From: Octopus sinensis
Taxonomy: Eukaryota
Direction: 5' to 3'
Assembly (NCBI RefSeq): GCF_006345805.1
Contig: NW_021832269.1
Location: 31,001 to 64,000 of the forward strand
DNA: 33,000 bases
Under the pieces are notes generated by a model. The model saw nothing but the letters and a program-made list of their open reading frames with translations. It was not told the DNA's origin and did not search any database. The position numbers were made by a program, and so were the translations under genes. Below, piece after piece: positions 1 through 12,659 of this stretch (positions are counted from its first letter, which is position 1; each line of letters begins with the position of its first letter).

Positions 1-3000
1 TTGCCGACAACGACTGTGTCAAGTCTCCACTCGACCTGACGAGATTGCTGCTACACGAGGCCTACAGAGTGTACGGGGACAAGATGGTGGACGAGGCTGA
101 TATTGCCCTCTTCAAGAAGACTGCGACGGACGTGTGCAAAAAGTCGTTTGAGGACATGAAAGAAGAGGAGTTGTTTGAATCGCCGTTGGTCTACTGTCAC
201 TTCGCACAAGTATATTCATCCTCCAATGTCACAGGGAGTGGGGGAAGCAAAGTACATGCCGGCCAAGAGTATCGAGTCTTTGAAAAAGTTGTTGACTGAG
301 GCTCTCGACAATTACAACGAACTGAACGCGGTGATGAACTTGGTCTTGTTCGAAGACGCCATTTTCCAAATCTGCAGAATCAACAGAATATTAGAAAATC
401 CCCGAGGCAACAATTTGTGAGTCATAAGCAGGGTACGGCCTCCTGGTTGGCGTCGGAGGGTCAGGAAAGCAGAGTCTGTCCCGCCTCGCTGCCTTCATCA
501 GTGGATACGAGACTTATCAGGTCACTCTGAGGAAGGGGTACTCCATCAACGACCTGAAAGGCGAGATTGCCCAGCTCTATTTGCGGTGTGGGGTCAAGAA
601 CGTTCAGACCATGTTTCTCATGTCCGACGCGCAAGTAAGACTGGCAGAGGGCATTCCAGATCCCCGACGAGCATTTCCTCGTGTTGATCAACGACTTGTT
701 GTCGACGGGGGAGATCCCCGACCTCTTCACAGACGACGAGTACGAAATGGCCATTTCTGGGGTCCGCAACGAATGCAAGTCATCCGGCCTTCTTGATACG
801 AGGGAAAACTGCTGGAACTATTTTATCGACAAAGTTCGGAGGCTACTGAAGGTAGGGGTGTGTCAATATCACTCAGGTCATCCTCTGCTTTTCCCCAGTC
901 GGAAACAAGCTCAGAATTCGGGCAAGAAAATTCCCAGCAGTTGTAAACTGCACGAGCATCAATTGGTTCCACGAGTGGCCTGAGGAGGCTCTGATTTCAG
1001 TGAGTCAGCGATTTTTGAGCGAAGATGAACTGTTGACCCCGGAATTAGCAGGACAGGTGGCGGAGGTATCCAGTGCGAGTCACTTGTGTTCAGTTCATGT
1101 CTTACGTCCATAATTCGGTGAACGAAATGAGCAAAGTGTACTACAACAAGGAGAGGAGATACAACTACACTACTCCCAAATCATTCCTCGAACAGATCAG
1201 ACTCTACCAGACTTTGCTCAAAGACCGCCATCTCGATTTGCAAGCTAAAATGCAGAGACTGGAGAATGGGCTAGAAAAACTGAAAAGCACGACTCAGCAA
1301 GTCGACGACCTCAAAGCCAAACTCAAAGCACAAGAAGTCGAATTGGCGATAAAAAACGAGGACGCAAACAAACTGATTGAAGTCGTTGGGTCGGAAAGCG
1401 AAAAGGTTTCCAAAGAAAAGGCTGTTGCTGCAATTGAGGAAGAAAAAGTTTCAAAAATAGCCGTCGAAGTAGCAAAAAAACAGCAAGACTGCGAGCAAGA
1501 CCTCGCTAAGGCTGAACCAGCCCTCCTGGCGGCCGAGGAAGCTCTGAACACCCTGAATAAAGTATATTTACCCAGAACTAATGCCAGAATAATTTGACGG
1601 AGTTGAAGTCGTTTGGGTCTCCCCCTCCTGCCGTGACCAATGTTTTGTCTGCGGTGATGTGTCTGATGGCGCCGGAGGGGAAAATACCGAAGGATCGGAG
1701 TTGGAAAGCTGCAAAAGTGTGGCCGATGGGGAAGGTCGACAAGTTCCTGGACCAGCTAATCAACTTTGACAAGGAACACATCCACGAGAACTGTCTCAAG
1801 GCTGTGGCTCCCTACACGGCAAACACGGAATTCAACCCCGAATTTATAAAATTCAAATCGGGGGCAGCAGCGGGACTTTGCGCGTGGGTCATCAACATTC
1901 TCAAGTTCTATGAAGTATTCTGTGACGTCGAGCCAAAGAGAATTGAATTAAATCGCGTGAGTGGGAGGGGTTGTAGTTCTGTAGGCCAACATGGAGTTGT
2001 CGGCCGCCACCTCTAAGCTCACCGCCATTCAAAACAAGATTTCGTCGCTGGAGGCTGCCCTGTCCAAACTCACGGCACAGTTTGAGGAGGCGACCTCGGC
2101 CAAAATAAAATGCCAGAACGAGGCGGACATGACCTACAAGTACCCCGTGGGTCACTATCCTAGAACTATTGAGCTGGCTAACAGACTAGTTGGAGGATTG
2201 GCCTCTGAGAATGTTCGCTGGGCACAAGCTGTCGAAAATTTCGAGTTGCAGAAGAAGACCCTGCCCGGGGATATTCTCTTGGTCACTGCATTCATTTCTT
2301 ATTTGGGGTCATTTTCTAAAAGCTACCGAAACCAGCTTTTATACGACGACTGGACAAATTACCTAAAGAGAAAAGGGACAATATCTTATAACGAAGGCTT
2401 GGTTTCATTTACTCAGTTCTAGACCTTGACCCCATCAATATGCTCACTGATGGGTCCGTGATTGCCAAGTGGAACAACGAAGGACTCCCATCGGATAAGT
2501 TCTCAATAGAAAATGCGACGATTCTGACCAATTGTGAGAGATGGCCTCTGATAATAGATCCACAGCTTCAGGTTTATATTTTGGCTACCTAGAGACAAGG
2601 GCGTTAAATGGATCAAAAATAAATACTCCGACCTGAAAACAGTCTGCATTGGCAACAAGGGCTATTTGGATACGATTGAGAGGGCAATCACTGCAGGAGA
2701 CGTGGTTCTCATCGAAAACATTGGAGAGTACATCGACCCAGTCCTCGATCCCATAATCGGGAGGAACACTATTAAGAAAGGCATTTTCCACAATCTGCTT
2801 ATTCTCAGGAAAAGCAATCAAGATCGGGGACAAAGAAGTCGAATATGGAAAGACTTTCAAATTGATTTTGCACACTAAACTTGCGAATCCGCACTACCCT
2901 CCAGAAATACAAGCTCAAACAACTCTGATCAACTTCACGGTCACTCCCGATGGTCTCGAAGACCAGCTTCTGGCTGCTGTCGTCAGCAAAGAAAGACCGG

Positions 3001-6000
3001 ATCTCGAACGACTCAAATCTGACTTAACACGTCAACAAAATGAGTTCAAGATCACACTCAAGGAACTGGAAGACTCGTTGCTGGCCCGACTGTCGTCTGC
3101 AGAGGGGAACTTTCTGGGCGACTATGCACTCGTGGAAAACCTTGAAACGACGAAAAGAACTGCGATCGAAATCGAAGAAAAAGTAGCGCAAGCAAAGGTG
3201 GAATTGTGGAGGATCATATTGATAGATCACAGAATCGGAGATTAACGAAGCACGTGAATTGTATCGCCCTGCCGCTGCGAGGGCTTCAATCCTTTACTTC
3301 ATAATGAATGATTTGAACAGGATTCATCCAATGTATCAATTTTCGTTGAAGGTATGGCAAATTGAAGCATTCTAGGCCTTTTCCGTGGTTTTCGAATTGG
3401 CCATCGACCGTGCTGAGACTTCGGAAGATGTCAAACAGAGGATCCAGCATTTGTTGGAAACAATCACATATTCCATTTTCATTTACACGACGCGGAGTCT
3501 TTTTGAGTCTGACAAAATGATTTTCACTGCTCAAATGACATTCCAGGCACGGCGAGTCAATTATTGTAGATAATGCTGATGAATAATTCGATCAACCCGT
3601 TGGAATTGGACTTCCTTCTCCGCTTCCCCGTCGACCTGTCCACTGATTCCCCAGTCGATTTTCTTAGCAATCGCAGTTGGGGCGGGATAAAGGCATTTAT
3701 TGAACGTGAGCTTGCAGGTCTTGTCTCAAATGGATGAGATGAAGAATCTGGACAAGGATATTGAGGGTTCTGCCAAACGATGGAAGAAGTACGTGGAAGG
3801 GGAAGCTCCCGAGAACGACAAACTCCCGCAAGAGTGGAAAAACAAGACCCCTCTGCAAAAACTGTGCATAATGAGAGCACTGCGACCTGATCGCATAATA
3901 TACGCCCTGACGTTTACAAAGTGAAGGTAACTTATAGAAACTACATCAATCACAACATGGGCGAGAAATATGCATATCCTCGACCAGTCCCATTCACCAA
4001 ATCCTATGAAGAGACCAGTTCGGAAACTCCCGTCTTCTTCATTTTGTCTCCCGGAGTGGACCCTCTGAAGGATGTCGAGGCTCTCGGAAAAAAACTTGGC
4101 TATTCGACAAATAACAACAACTTCCACAATGTTTCCTTGGGACAGGGACAGGAAATTGTGGCAGAAAACGCAATTGAACTGTCGGCAAAGGAGGGGCATT
4201 GGGTCGTCCTCCAGGTTGGCCACAATTCGGTGACTTCAGAATGTCCACTTGGTTTCCAAATGGCTTCCCACCCTCGAAAAAATCCTCGAAACCACCGCTC
4301 TTGACAGTCATAAGGATTTCCGTCTATACATCAGTGCTGAGCCTGCGGGCACTCCGGATATGCACGTGATTCCTCAAGGAATACTCGAATTCTCCATAAA
4401 AATTACAAACGAGCCGCCGACGGGTGTGATCCGACAACCTGAATGTTTAGGCATGCACGCTAATCTGCACAAAGCACTGAACAACTTTTCACAAGACACG
4501 TTGGAAATGTGCGCCAAGGAGAACGAGTTCAAGACAATTCTCTTTTCGATATGCTACTTTCATGCGGTGGTCTCCGAAAGGAGGAAGTTCGGTCCCCAGG
4601 GCTGGAACCGCATTTACCCATTCAACGTGGGGGACTTGACCATCAGCATCAACGTCCTCTACAACTATTTGGAGTCCAATCCAAAGGTTGCTTGAGGGAA
4701 TTGCATAATCCAGGTCCCCTGGGTTGACCTCAGATACCTATTCGGGGAAATCATGTACGGCGGACACATCACCGACGATTGGGATCGCAAGTTGTGCAAA
4801 ACTTACTTGGAAGAATATCTGAAGCCCGAAATGGTTGTGGTCACGAGATTATAAGAATAGTTGGACGGCGATCTCCTTCTGGCTCCGGGGTTCCCCATCC
4901 CCACGAACACTGATTTTGTGGGGTATCACACCTACATCGACGACGCCTTGCCCACGGAAAGTCCCTATCTCTATGGACTGCACCCAAATGCAGAAATCGA
5001 CTTTTTGACTACTCGGTCGGAGAAGGTGTTCCGCACAATATTCGAACTTCAACCACAAAATGCTGACTCTGGGGGCGAGGGCACGTCCACGAGGGAAGAG
5101 AGGGTCTCCAAACTGGTGACACGTTTAGATTAAAAGCGTTTTGGATGAAATTCTCGAAAAGCTACCAGACGAATTTCCAATAAGCGAAATCATGTCTAAA
5201 ATTCCTCCCGATGAACGGACTCCTTACGTGGTAGTGGCATTTCAGGAATGCGAGCGAATGAACATCCTCACCAACGAAATCAAGCGCACACTCAAAACCT
5301 TAGACTTGGGACTGAATGTACTCGAGCGGATTTCATTGCTTAGGGAGAACTGACGATTACTTCTGACATGGAGGAGTTGGGCAATAACTTGTACATGGAC
5401 ACTGTCCCCGACATTTGGAGCACAAAGGCATATCCCTCGCTCTACTCGTTGGCTCTTTGGTACATCGACCTCTTGCAAAGAATCAAACAACTCGAAATGT
5501 GGATCGGGGATTTCCAGTTGCCAGGCATTTTTTCCATGCTGATGGGGCTATAGGGGCGGTATGGTTGGGTGGATTTTTCAACCCTCAGTCTTTTTTGACC
5601 GCCATCATGCAGCAAATGGCTCGAAAGAATGAGTGGCCATTGGATAGAATGGCCCTCCAGTGTGACGTAACAAAGAAGAATAAAGAAGACATGGGAGGGC
5701 CCCCCAGGGAAGGGGCCTATGTCTGCGGCCTGTTCATGGAAGGGGCTCGTTGGGACGTCCAGTCGGGGATGATTTCCGAGTCTCGACTGAAGGAACTCCA
5801 CCCAGCAATGCCAGTCATTTATATCAGGTTGTTTGTGACTGTCATTTGCAGGGCTATTCCAATTGAAAGACAAGATTCGAGGATGATGTATGCATGTCCC
5901 GTCTACAAGACTAAGCAGAGGGGTCCCACCTTCGTCTGGACTTTTAACTTGAAGAGTAAAACTAAACCTTCCACTTGGGTTTTGGGCGGAGTGGCACTTC

Positions 6001-6014
6001 TCTTGCAAATTTAG
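1..6014 (+). CDS. DNAH9/17-like: Axonemal outer-arm dynein heavy chain, beta type (DNAH9/11/17 family); 5'-truncated by the window edge, about 1795 aa visible (AAA4, stalk/MTBD, AAA5-6, C-terminal domain), 24 introns
   Basis: Motifs: P4 loop [105 protein letters not shown], and C-terminus GVALLLQI* (TAG 6012-6014). Introns: 210-234, 407-431(GC), 635-659, 852-876, 1066-1093, 1562-1587, 1957-1984, 2140-2163, 2397-2422(GC), 2572-2599, 2791-2818(GC), 3198-3225, 3352-3375, 3547-3569(GC), 3693-3717(GC), 3912-3937, 4215-4239, 4424-4450, 4687-4713, 4834-4860, 5104-5128, 5318-5343, 5525-5553(GC), 5828-5851. Removing them gives one open frame from base 3 to the stop. Confidence 0.96.
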
Positions 6015-6129
6015 TTCTAACTCAACAATTAACATTCTAACTTCTAATACTGCTTAATCATTGTCTGAATACTTAATAACACTTTTATCGTTCTTTTTAG
6101 AGGCAACACAAACAGAGAGGTCGGATTTT

Positions 6130-7160
6130 TAAGTTTAGGCGACTACTGACTAAGGGAAACTGCCGAAGACTACGCATTTGAGAGGATAAACGCCATTGAC
6201 GTGTTCTGTCGGTACTACTTGGATTTATGTTCTGAATACTCACTTGGGTACCAATTTAACCTTATATACTAAATGCTATGAAGAATTGTTGATTCAGATA
6301 GAAGAAAATAGTTCAATACCTTTTGAAGAAAGAATGCCTACTCCGAAAGTCCCTGCTCAATATATTAATCATCTGGTCATCGATTTGATTAACAGGGCGT
6401 TGATCCAATATACATCAGATAATCCTCCAAAATCGATTAATGACATTTCTACTTTGATATATTCCTCACAATGTACTTATCATCGAATTACAAAAAAAAT
6501 TTTTCACAATGGACAATGTGAAAAGGAAGATTGAGTCTTCAACTGAAAATGAGTCTATCATTACAAAGTTTTTTACCTCAACAGTAAGTGATGAGGAGAA
6601 GAAAAAAGCAACGGATATTCTTTGCTCTTTTAATTATAAAAAGTGGTGAATTTGAAAGAATTTCGACAGCCATAAATGATAAAATTAAAATTCTCAATTT
6701 GACTATATTCTTCAATAATTACTGATACAAAAATCAAATGTAACAAGCCCGATATTCGTGTATGACAAAGTGAGAAACGAAATTACTCTCATCGAAGTGG
6801 GAATAACTACCCAAGACCGCCTGAAACAAACCGAAGTTGAGAAATGCTATAAAGAAGATCTTTTGTCCAAGGAACTAAGGCACTCAAGTAAAAATAATTC
6901 CACTGGTTTCAACAATAAATATTTGTCAACAATGGCCTAGGAGGAATCGTTTCCAAGTTTTTCGAGAACTACATTGAAAAGTTAGCTCGAACCTACATAC
7001 AGTCATTCGTTTTCAGGAAAAGACTGGAAAGTATGATGCTTGAGCATAGTTACGGAATCAAAATCACTGAGGAAATAAATTCAGCCGATAGCTTCGTAAT
7101 TGAAACAAGCCATTTGTATCAAAACAATATAGAAAGTGTGGGGAAAAAAGTCGTAACTGA
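6130..7160 (+). mobile_element. Decayed non-LTR retrotransposon of the restriction-like endonuclease (RLE) type, internally deleted (no RT visible)
   Basis: PD-(D/E)xK RLE motif KPDIRVYDKVRNEITLIEVGITTQDRLKQTEVEK at about 6747-6850, followed by stops and frameshifts. An upstream ORF fragment (6196-6534, PPKSINDISTLIYSSQCTY) resembles N-terminal regions of such elements. Confidence 0.7.
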
Positions 7161-8242
7161 TTAAGAGAACAAGGATAAAAAAGTGTTGCTAGTTACTTCC
7201 TCCTTTAAAAAGGAGATTAATATCCACCGAATGACAAGCACATTAATAAGTTTTTAATTATCACAGAAATAATTTGTTCTGATTAAATTATAGACGTGAC
7301 ATTCTAGAGCCAATAAGTTTATCCTGGTTTTTTAATTTTAAAAGAATTTATTAACACTAAATTCTTTTCCCTCTTTTATAAAGGAGGGTGTCGAAGAATT
7401 AATTTGTCATTGGATGCAATCGGAAAATTTCGTTTGTAAGATACTTTTTTGCTGACAACTGTTTACAACGAAAAAATTTCTATTTGTAATGTTAGACTTC
7501 AAAATCGCACGTTTAACCGACATGAAAGAAAACATATTGTAGATGTGGACTCTGTGAACTTAGTGTTGCGACTCCTTGAAAACTTATTTGTTTTGACAGT
7601 CTCTATTTTGTCAGAATTTATTTTCAACCTTGAAATTTGAATCATTTTCAAGAACCGTGAGTAACCTTGAATATTTTTTTATTAAATAAATTCTGGTAAA
7701 TTCACTTTCTGGGTGATTAGAGAGGAGAAATTTATTCAGTTTGTTCTTGATTTCGAGTCTGCATTAACTGATTTATTTGTGGTATATTATTAATTTGCGG
7801 TTTTGGAAATATTAATAAAACGGGAAAATTTGACATTATTAGTGACGAACAGTTGAAAAACGCATACAAACAAAAATCTAGTTCACCAAAAGTCTGGTGA
7901 CAGTCGTCGCAAAATTACCCATTCTCGAAAATTAACATTATGAAATCTTAGCTTTATACATCGATTAAAAATCTTTTGTTTAAATAATTATTAAATTTAT
8001 AGTATTGATGAATTGTCGCAAAAATGACCTTGCGAATATTTTTTCGTAAAATCTATCTTTAAATTGACTTGCTTCTCGGATCAAAATTGAGCGTGGGCAT
8101 GGAAAAACATACCAAAAAATACTCTGACAAAAGGTACCAAATTTTACTATAAATTTTCCTTACTATCCAACGTGTTTTTGTAACTTTCCATTTTCACGCC
8201 AAGATCATAAATTAATCGAATCTACAAATCTTTTATTCTAGG

Positions 8243-8948
8243 ATGACTAAAAGTAACATAAGTTTGAACCAGACAGAAAAAAATGATTTTCACCACAAGT
8301 TAAAAAACACATCTACTGATAATGAAAATCTGAAAAACGAACAAATCTTAGGTACAAAATATATTTACTGAACATTATTTTAGGTAAATTTAAAAAAACA
8401 CGAGAGAAGCGAATTACATATACCAAGGAACAAAAAAAGTTCTTGGAAAATTCTTTTATGACGTCAGACTTTCGAAAAACAAATATTTGTGAAAAAATAG
8501 CTGATCAATTGCAATTACCAGTTTCTAAAATCAAGGTGTTTAATCATGAATGGAGTTTTCTTAGGTGTGGTTCAAAAACGAGAAACGCAAACAAAAGATT
8601 TTGGAATCGGAAAAGTGTAACTTAAGCCCTGTCGGAAAGAACAAAGCTCTCGATATATTTTGCGTCAAAACCAATAATCCGAAACCTGAGGTTAAACGCG
8701 AGAAAAATGAAACCCAGCGGTTAAACCAAATCCATTATGACGAGTTATGCTATGCCAACTACATCAACAATATTTGCGGACAAGGATTTTATTACAGCGG
8801 AGATGTTATCACAGAACACTTCCCGCACGACATATATGAGTACAAGCCCTGGTGGAATAGTCAACTACCTTTGTTTCAAAGGGGGGCTGGATATTTGAAT
8901 GCCTTTCAGTCGCATCACAATGGTCATGACAGGACATTCCCGTACTAA
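8243..8948 (+). CDS. Divergent PRD-class K50 homeobox protein (Otx-like), 214 aa; possible extra 5' exon 8099-8133
   Basis: Exons 8243-8351, 8384-8535, 8565-8948 (GT-AG introns of 32 and 29 nt) give the homeodomain TREKRITYTKEQKKFLENSFMTSDFRKTNICEKIADQLQLPVSKIKVWFKNEKRKQK. It aligns without gaps to Otx (R5, Q12, L16, F20, L40-P41, W48-F49-K50-N51). The second intron sits between HD codons 46 and 47, the PRD-class position. ATG 8099 can join in frame via a 108-nt intron, 8134-8241. Confidence 0.8.
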
Positions 8949-9096
8949 TCATTTCACGAATTTTGTTTAATAAATTGGTGGCTTTCCTGAATTAGAGGCC
9001 TTTTTATTGAAATACCCACAGAATCTCAAACTAACTCACAATATGAAATAAAGAGGACGTAAAAACATGAAGGTGAGTTATTAGACTATTAGTAAA

Positions 9097-10585
9097 TCAA
9101 ATAAGCATCAGTTCGGGAGTCTCCATGAGCTTCTTGAAGTGAGCCAACCACTTAGCCCCCACAGCTCCATCAACCACGCGATGATCACAACTCAAAGTAA
9201 CAGTCATGACATTTCTCGTGACACACCTTCAATGTCACAGCAAAGTCAACTCGTTGTTTTCACCAGGCAGCACAGTCCTCCTGACCCTCCCGACTGCCAA
9301 TATGGCCGACTGAGGTGGGTTAATGATGGCACAGAATTGGTCTATTCCAAACATTCCAAGGTTGGAAATGGTGAATGTCCCGTCCTGGAATACTCACACC
9401 CAGCCACCTGATACTCCTCGGGACTCAACTTCCTGTCCCTCGCCCTACTGGCCATGTCCTTGACAGCCTCACTGATGGAGCCGAGTCCCCGAGAATGGGC
9501 ATTGCGGACGACAGGAGTGATCAGCCCGTCGGGAGTGTCCACGGCCACACACAAGTCCACCCGCCTATGACGGCGAATGAAGGTTCCGTGAAATGACGAA
9601 TTGGTCTCCAAATGAGCCACACAGGCCAAGGCGGAGGCTTTGATGATCAAATCGTTGATGGACAGTTTGACACTCCCCGTGTTGTTGAGCCTCCTCCTGA
9701 CCCTGGAAGGTTACCCCACAAGTCCCACTCCATGGCCTCGTCCATCACAACATCGGCAGTCAAGTAGAAGTGGGGGATGCTCTGCTTCGATTCTACCAGT
9801 CGGGTGCTTATAATCTCTCTGATCTTTGTCAATGGAATGTCCTCGAAATCCCCCGTTGGGAGTGGTGGAGGGGACTCGACAGGCGGGGGGATGTCCCGTG
9901 CACTGATGGCACCGTCCTTCCTCGAGGACGTCACGTTCTGCCTATTAAGGGTGCCACACCTCCAGTCGTACTCCCCTCTTCTCCGCCAGTCTTTTGGCCA
10001 GAGGGGACGCCCTCACTGTGGGGGAGGCTATTGGCTGCACTATTGGCTGTGTCCTCTTCTCCACTCGAGGGGGTTCCTGGGAGTCCTCCACTTGTTTGGG
10101 TGACTCATCTGGGAGGACAAAATCGGAGAAGGCGGGGACGTCTTGTTCTTCTTCGGCGAGCACACAAATGGCCTACATATGGAGTGAGCCACCACTTGTT
10201 TGACAGGAATGTCCTTGGTGCCGGCGGGAATTAATATTTTGGCCAGAAAACCACTTTCGGGGGCTTCCAAGGCCATGGTTGCCTTGTCGGTTTCCATGGA
10301 GGCCAGCTGGTCCCCTTCGTCCACACTTTGGCCCACCTCCACGTCCCACGACTGAATGGTTCCGTGAGTCATTGTGGGGGAGAGGGCGGGCAGTGTGACC
10401 ACCGAGTGTGGCGGGAATGTTTTACCTTGATTTATAAATGGAGAACATACTGGACAAGCATAGGAGGACTTGTTTGCCCAGGTTTGGGTTATTGTGGAAT
10501 ACTCTTGTTTGTTAATTTGATGGTCTTACCCCCATTTAGGTGCTAATCCCCTGAAAACCGCACCAACACGAGAACACGCAAGCAT
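9097..10585 (-). CDS. DLAT: Dihydrolipoamide acetyltransferase (pyruvate dehydrogenase E2), mitochondrial, single lipoyl domain, 439 aa, 7 introns
   Basis: Motifs: LPALSPTM, lipoyl lysine [16 protein letters not shown] (E3-binding), [23 protein letters not shown], catalytic DHRVVDGA; basic N-terminal presequence. Introns: 10504-10529, 10426-10450, 10173-10195, 9938-9959, 9703-9728, 9385-9407, 9227-9250. Confidence 0.95.
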
Positions 10586-10732
10586 TCTTCAAATATTTAA
10601 ATATTTTAAAATAATTAAAATTACTTAAGGTATTTCTCCGACTTTCCACAAGAATTGACTGCCTCCTACCAAAACAAATTGCACACTAGTCAATGAAGGA
10701 GTCAAATTGGTGGCCAATTTGTCCCATTAGAC

Positions 10733-12651
10733 CAGAGGTTTCAAATGGGGAGGCGCGCCTCCTAGGGAGGCGTTGACTCTGTCAAGGGGGCGCGAAAAAG
10801 TATTTCAGAAACTTTTTTTAGAAATTATATCTATGTAAAAAACGTGACTATATTCCGATAATAAGAGTTATTAATTAAAAATAGATTTTTCAAAAATTTA
10901 TTTATTATTAGACAATTAAAATAATTTTAACACAGAATAATTCTTGAGTGGTTGCAAAAGAAATTCACGACTAATAAAGATTTTGCGATGGTTCAAAAAA
11001 TCAAATGATTGGAATATAATCAATACCACTCCAAAGACAAGAAAATACTTTCATCTTACTTATTGTTAGGATCACACGTATCTTTGTTGATTCTATGGAA
11101 AAACCCCTCTGTTTGCTTTGCCTCAAAACACTTGCAGCAGATAGTATGAGGCCATGCAAATTAAGAAGACATTTTGAAACGATGCATTCTGAACATGTCC
11201 ATAAGTCTGAAGTCTGAAGAATACAGCCAATCCGCTTGCTGATAACCAGTCGCTAGAAGAATGAGACATATCTGAAGATCTTGTGATCAGTTGTTTCTCG
11301 ACTACGTAACTGTAAATTGCTATACAAGTTGATGAGGGAGTGACATAAATAAAAATGCAACATTTAATTGCATATGTCAGATATGCGAAGAAAGTACAAT
11401 AATAGAAGATCTATTATTCTGCAACCATTCCTGGAAGGAGCACGGCCAATGAAATTTTTAATATAATTGATACTTTTTTTGCAAGAAAATAACATAGAAT
11501 GGATCAATTGTGTTGGACTTTGTACAGACGGAGCACAGTCAATGTCAGGAAAGAAATCTGTCTTCAAGCTCTTGTAAAAAACAGAGCACAGAAATTATCT
11601 GGACGCACTGCAGGCTGGCACGATCAGCACTGTCTCAAAGAATATGAGTCAAGACTGAACGATTTTTGCGCAAATTACAAAAGTTATAAACTAACTAAAC
11701 ACAGTCCTTTAAGAGCTAAGCTTTTTGCAAAGCTGTGTGAAGATATGGATTCAAATATACATCGTTTTTACTATTGTGAGGTACGCTGGCTATCTCGTGC
11801 AAAGTGATTAGAAGGGTGTTGAACTCAAAGATCAAGTTGCAGATTTTCTTGATGAAAACTGATATTGAAGATGCAAAGTTGTTCAGGGATGATGACTTTA
11901 TTGTCAAATTTGCCTATTAGTTGACATTTTGGGAAATTGAGTATATTGAATAAATCAATGCAGGACCACAACTACATTTATTCTCTCAAAAGGACAAAAT
12001 AAAAGCATTTATGAAAAAATGGTATTATGGAAACAAATATACAAAAAATATCTATGACATGTTCACTTTTAAACACCTTTGCGCCATAGTGAACATTGAA
12101 GCAAACAAAGACATATTGCTGAACATTTGATCTGTTTGTTGAAGCATTTTGCTCACTATTTTAAAGATCTCGACTGTAAAATGTTCGAATGATAAGAATC
12201 CATTTATTGATGAAGAAGATAATCAATTTGCATTGACAACTTTTGAAAAAGAAAAATTGATAGAATTGTCATGCGATACATTATTGAAACAAAAATTTGA
12301 GAGAGAACGCTAATTTCTTTTTGTTGAATGTAAGAACGAATATGAAATTTTCGAATAAAGCAATGAAAGTTTTGTGCCATTGCTACTCATATTTATGGAA
12401 AGGATTTCTGCACTAGCTGCAATTAAATCTGATATCGAACTCGTTTAGTAGTACTAATGAGCAAGAGTAGCACTCTCTGCGATGACACCAAGATTTGAAA
12501 AACTTTGCGCCAAGATGGAAAAAAAATTATCTCTTTAACTTTTGTTAAAAATTGTTTGATTAAATAATAATGTATTATATATGAATATAAGGGAGGCGCA
12601 AGATTGTACTTTCTCCAAGGGATCGTAAAAAAAAAAGCTTGGAAACCTCTG
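10733..12651 (+). mobile_element. hAT superfamily (Buster/ZBED5-like) DNA transposon, 1919 bp, ends intact, transposase inactivated
   Basis: Left end CAGAGGTTTCAAA and reverse complement of right end CAGAGGTTTCCAA (12/13 match). Perfect 8-bp TSD CATTAGAC at 10725-10732 and 12652-12659, fitting the Buster nnnTAnnn pattern. Transposase remnants: CLLCLKTLAADSMRPCKLRRHFETMH, CTDGAQSM, CEVRWLSRAK, with many stops and frameshifts. Confidence 0.93.
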
Positions 12652-12659
12652 CATTAGAC

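Noticed and set aside
45-6014. Many short ORFs suggesting a frameshifted dynein pseudogene, RNA editing or an alternative genetic code
   Set aside because: All breaks are explained by 23-29 nt GT/GC-AG introns. The spliced frame is continuous in the standard code.
7200-8090. AT-rich region with short ORFs (e.g. 7449-7640)
   Set aside because: No recognisable motif or consistent splice model; probably old repeat or regulatory DNA.
9097-10585. DLAT has one lipoyl domain instead of two
   Set aside because: Single-lipoyl E2 is common in fungi and many invertebrates, so it is not unusual.
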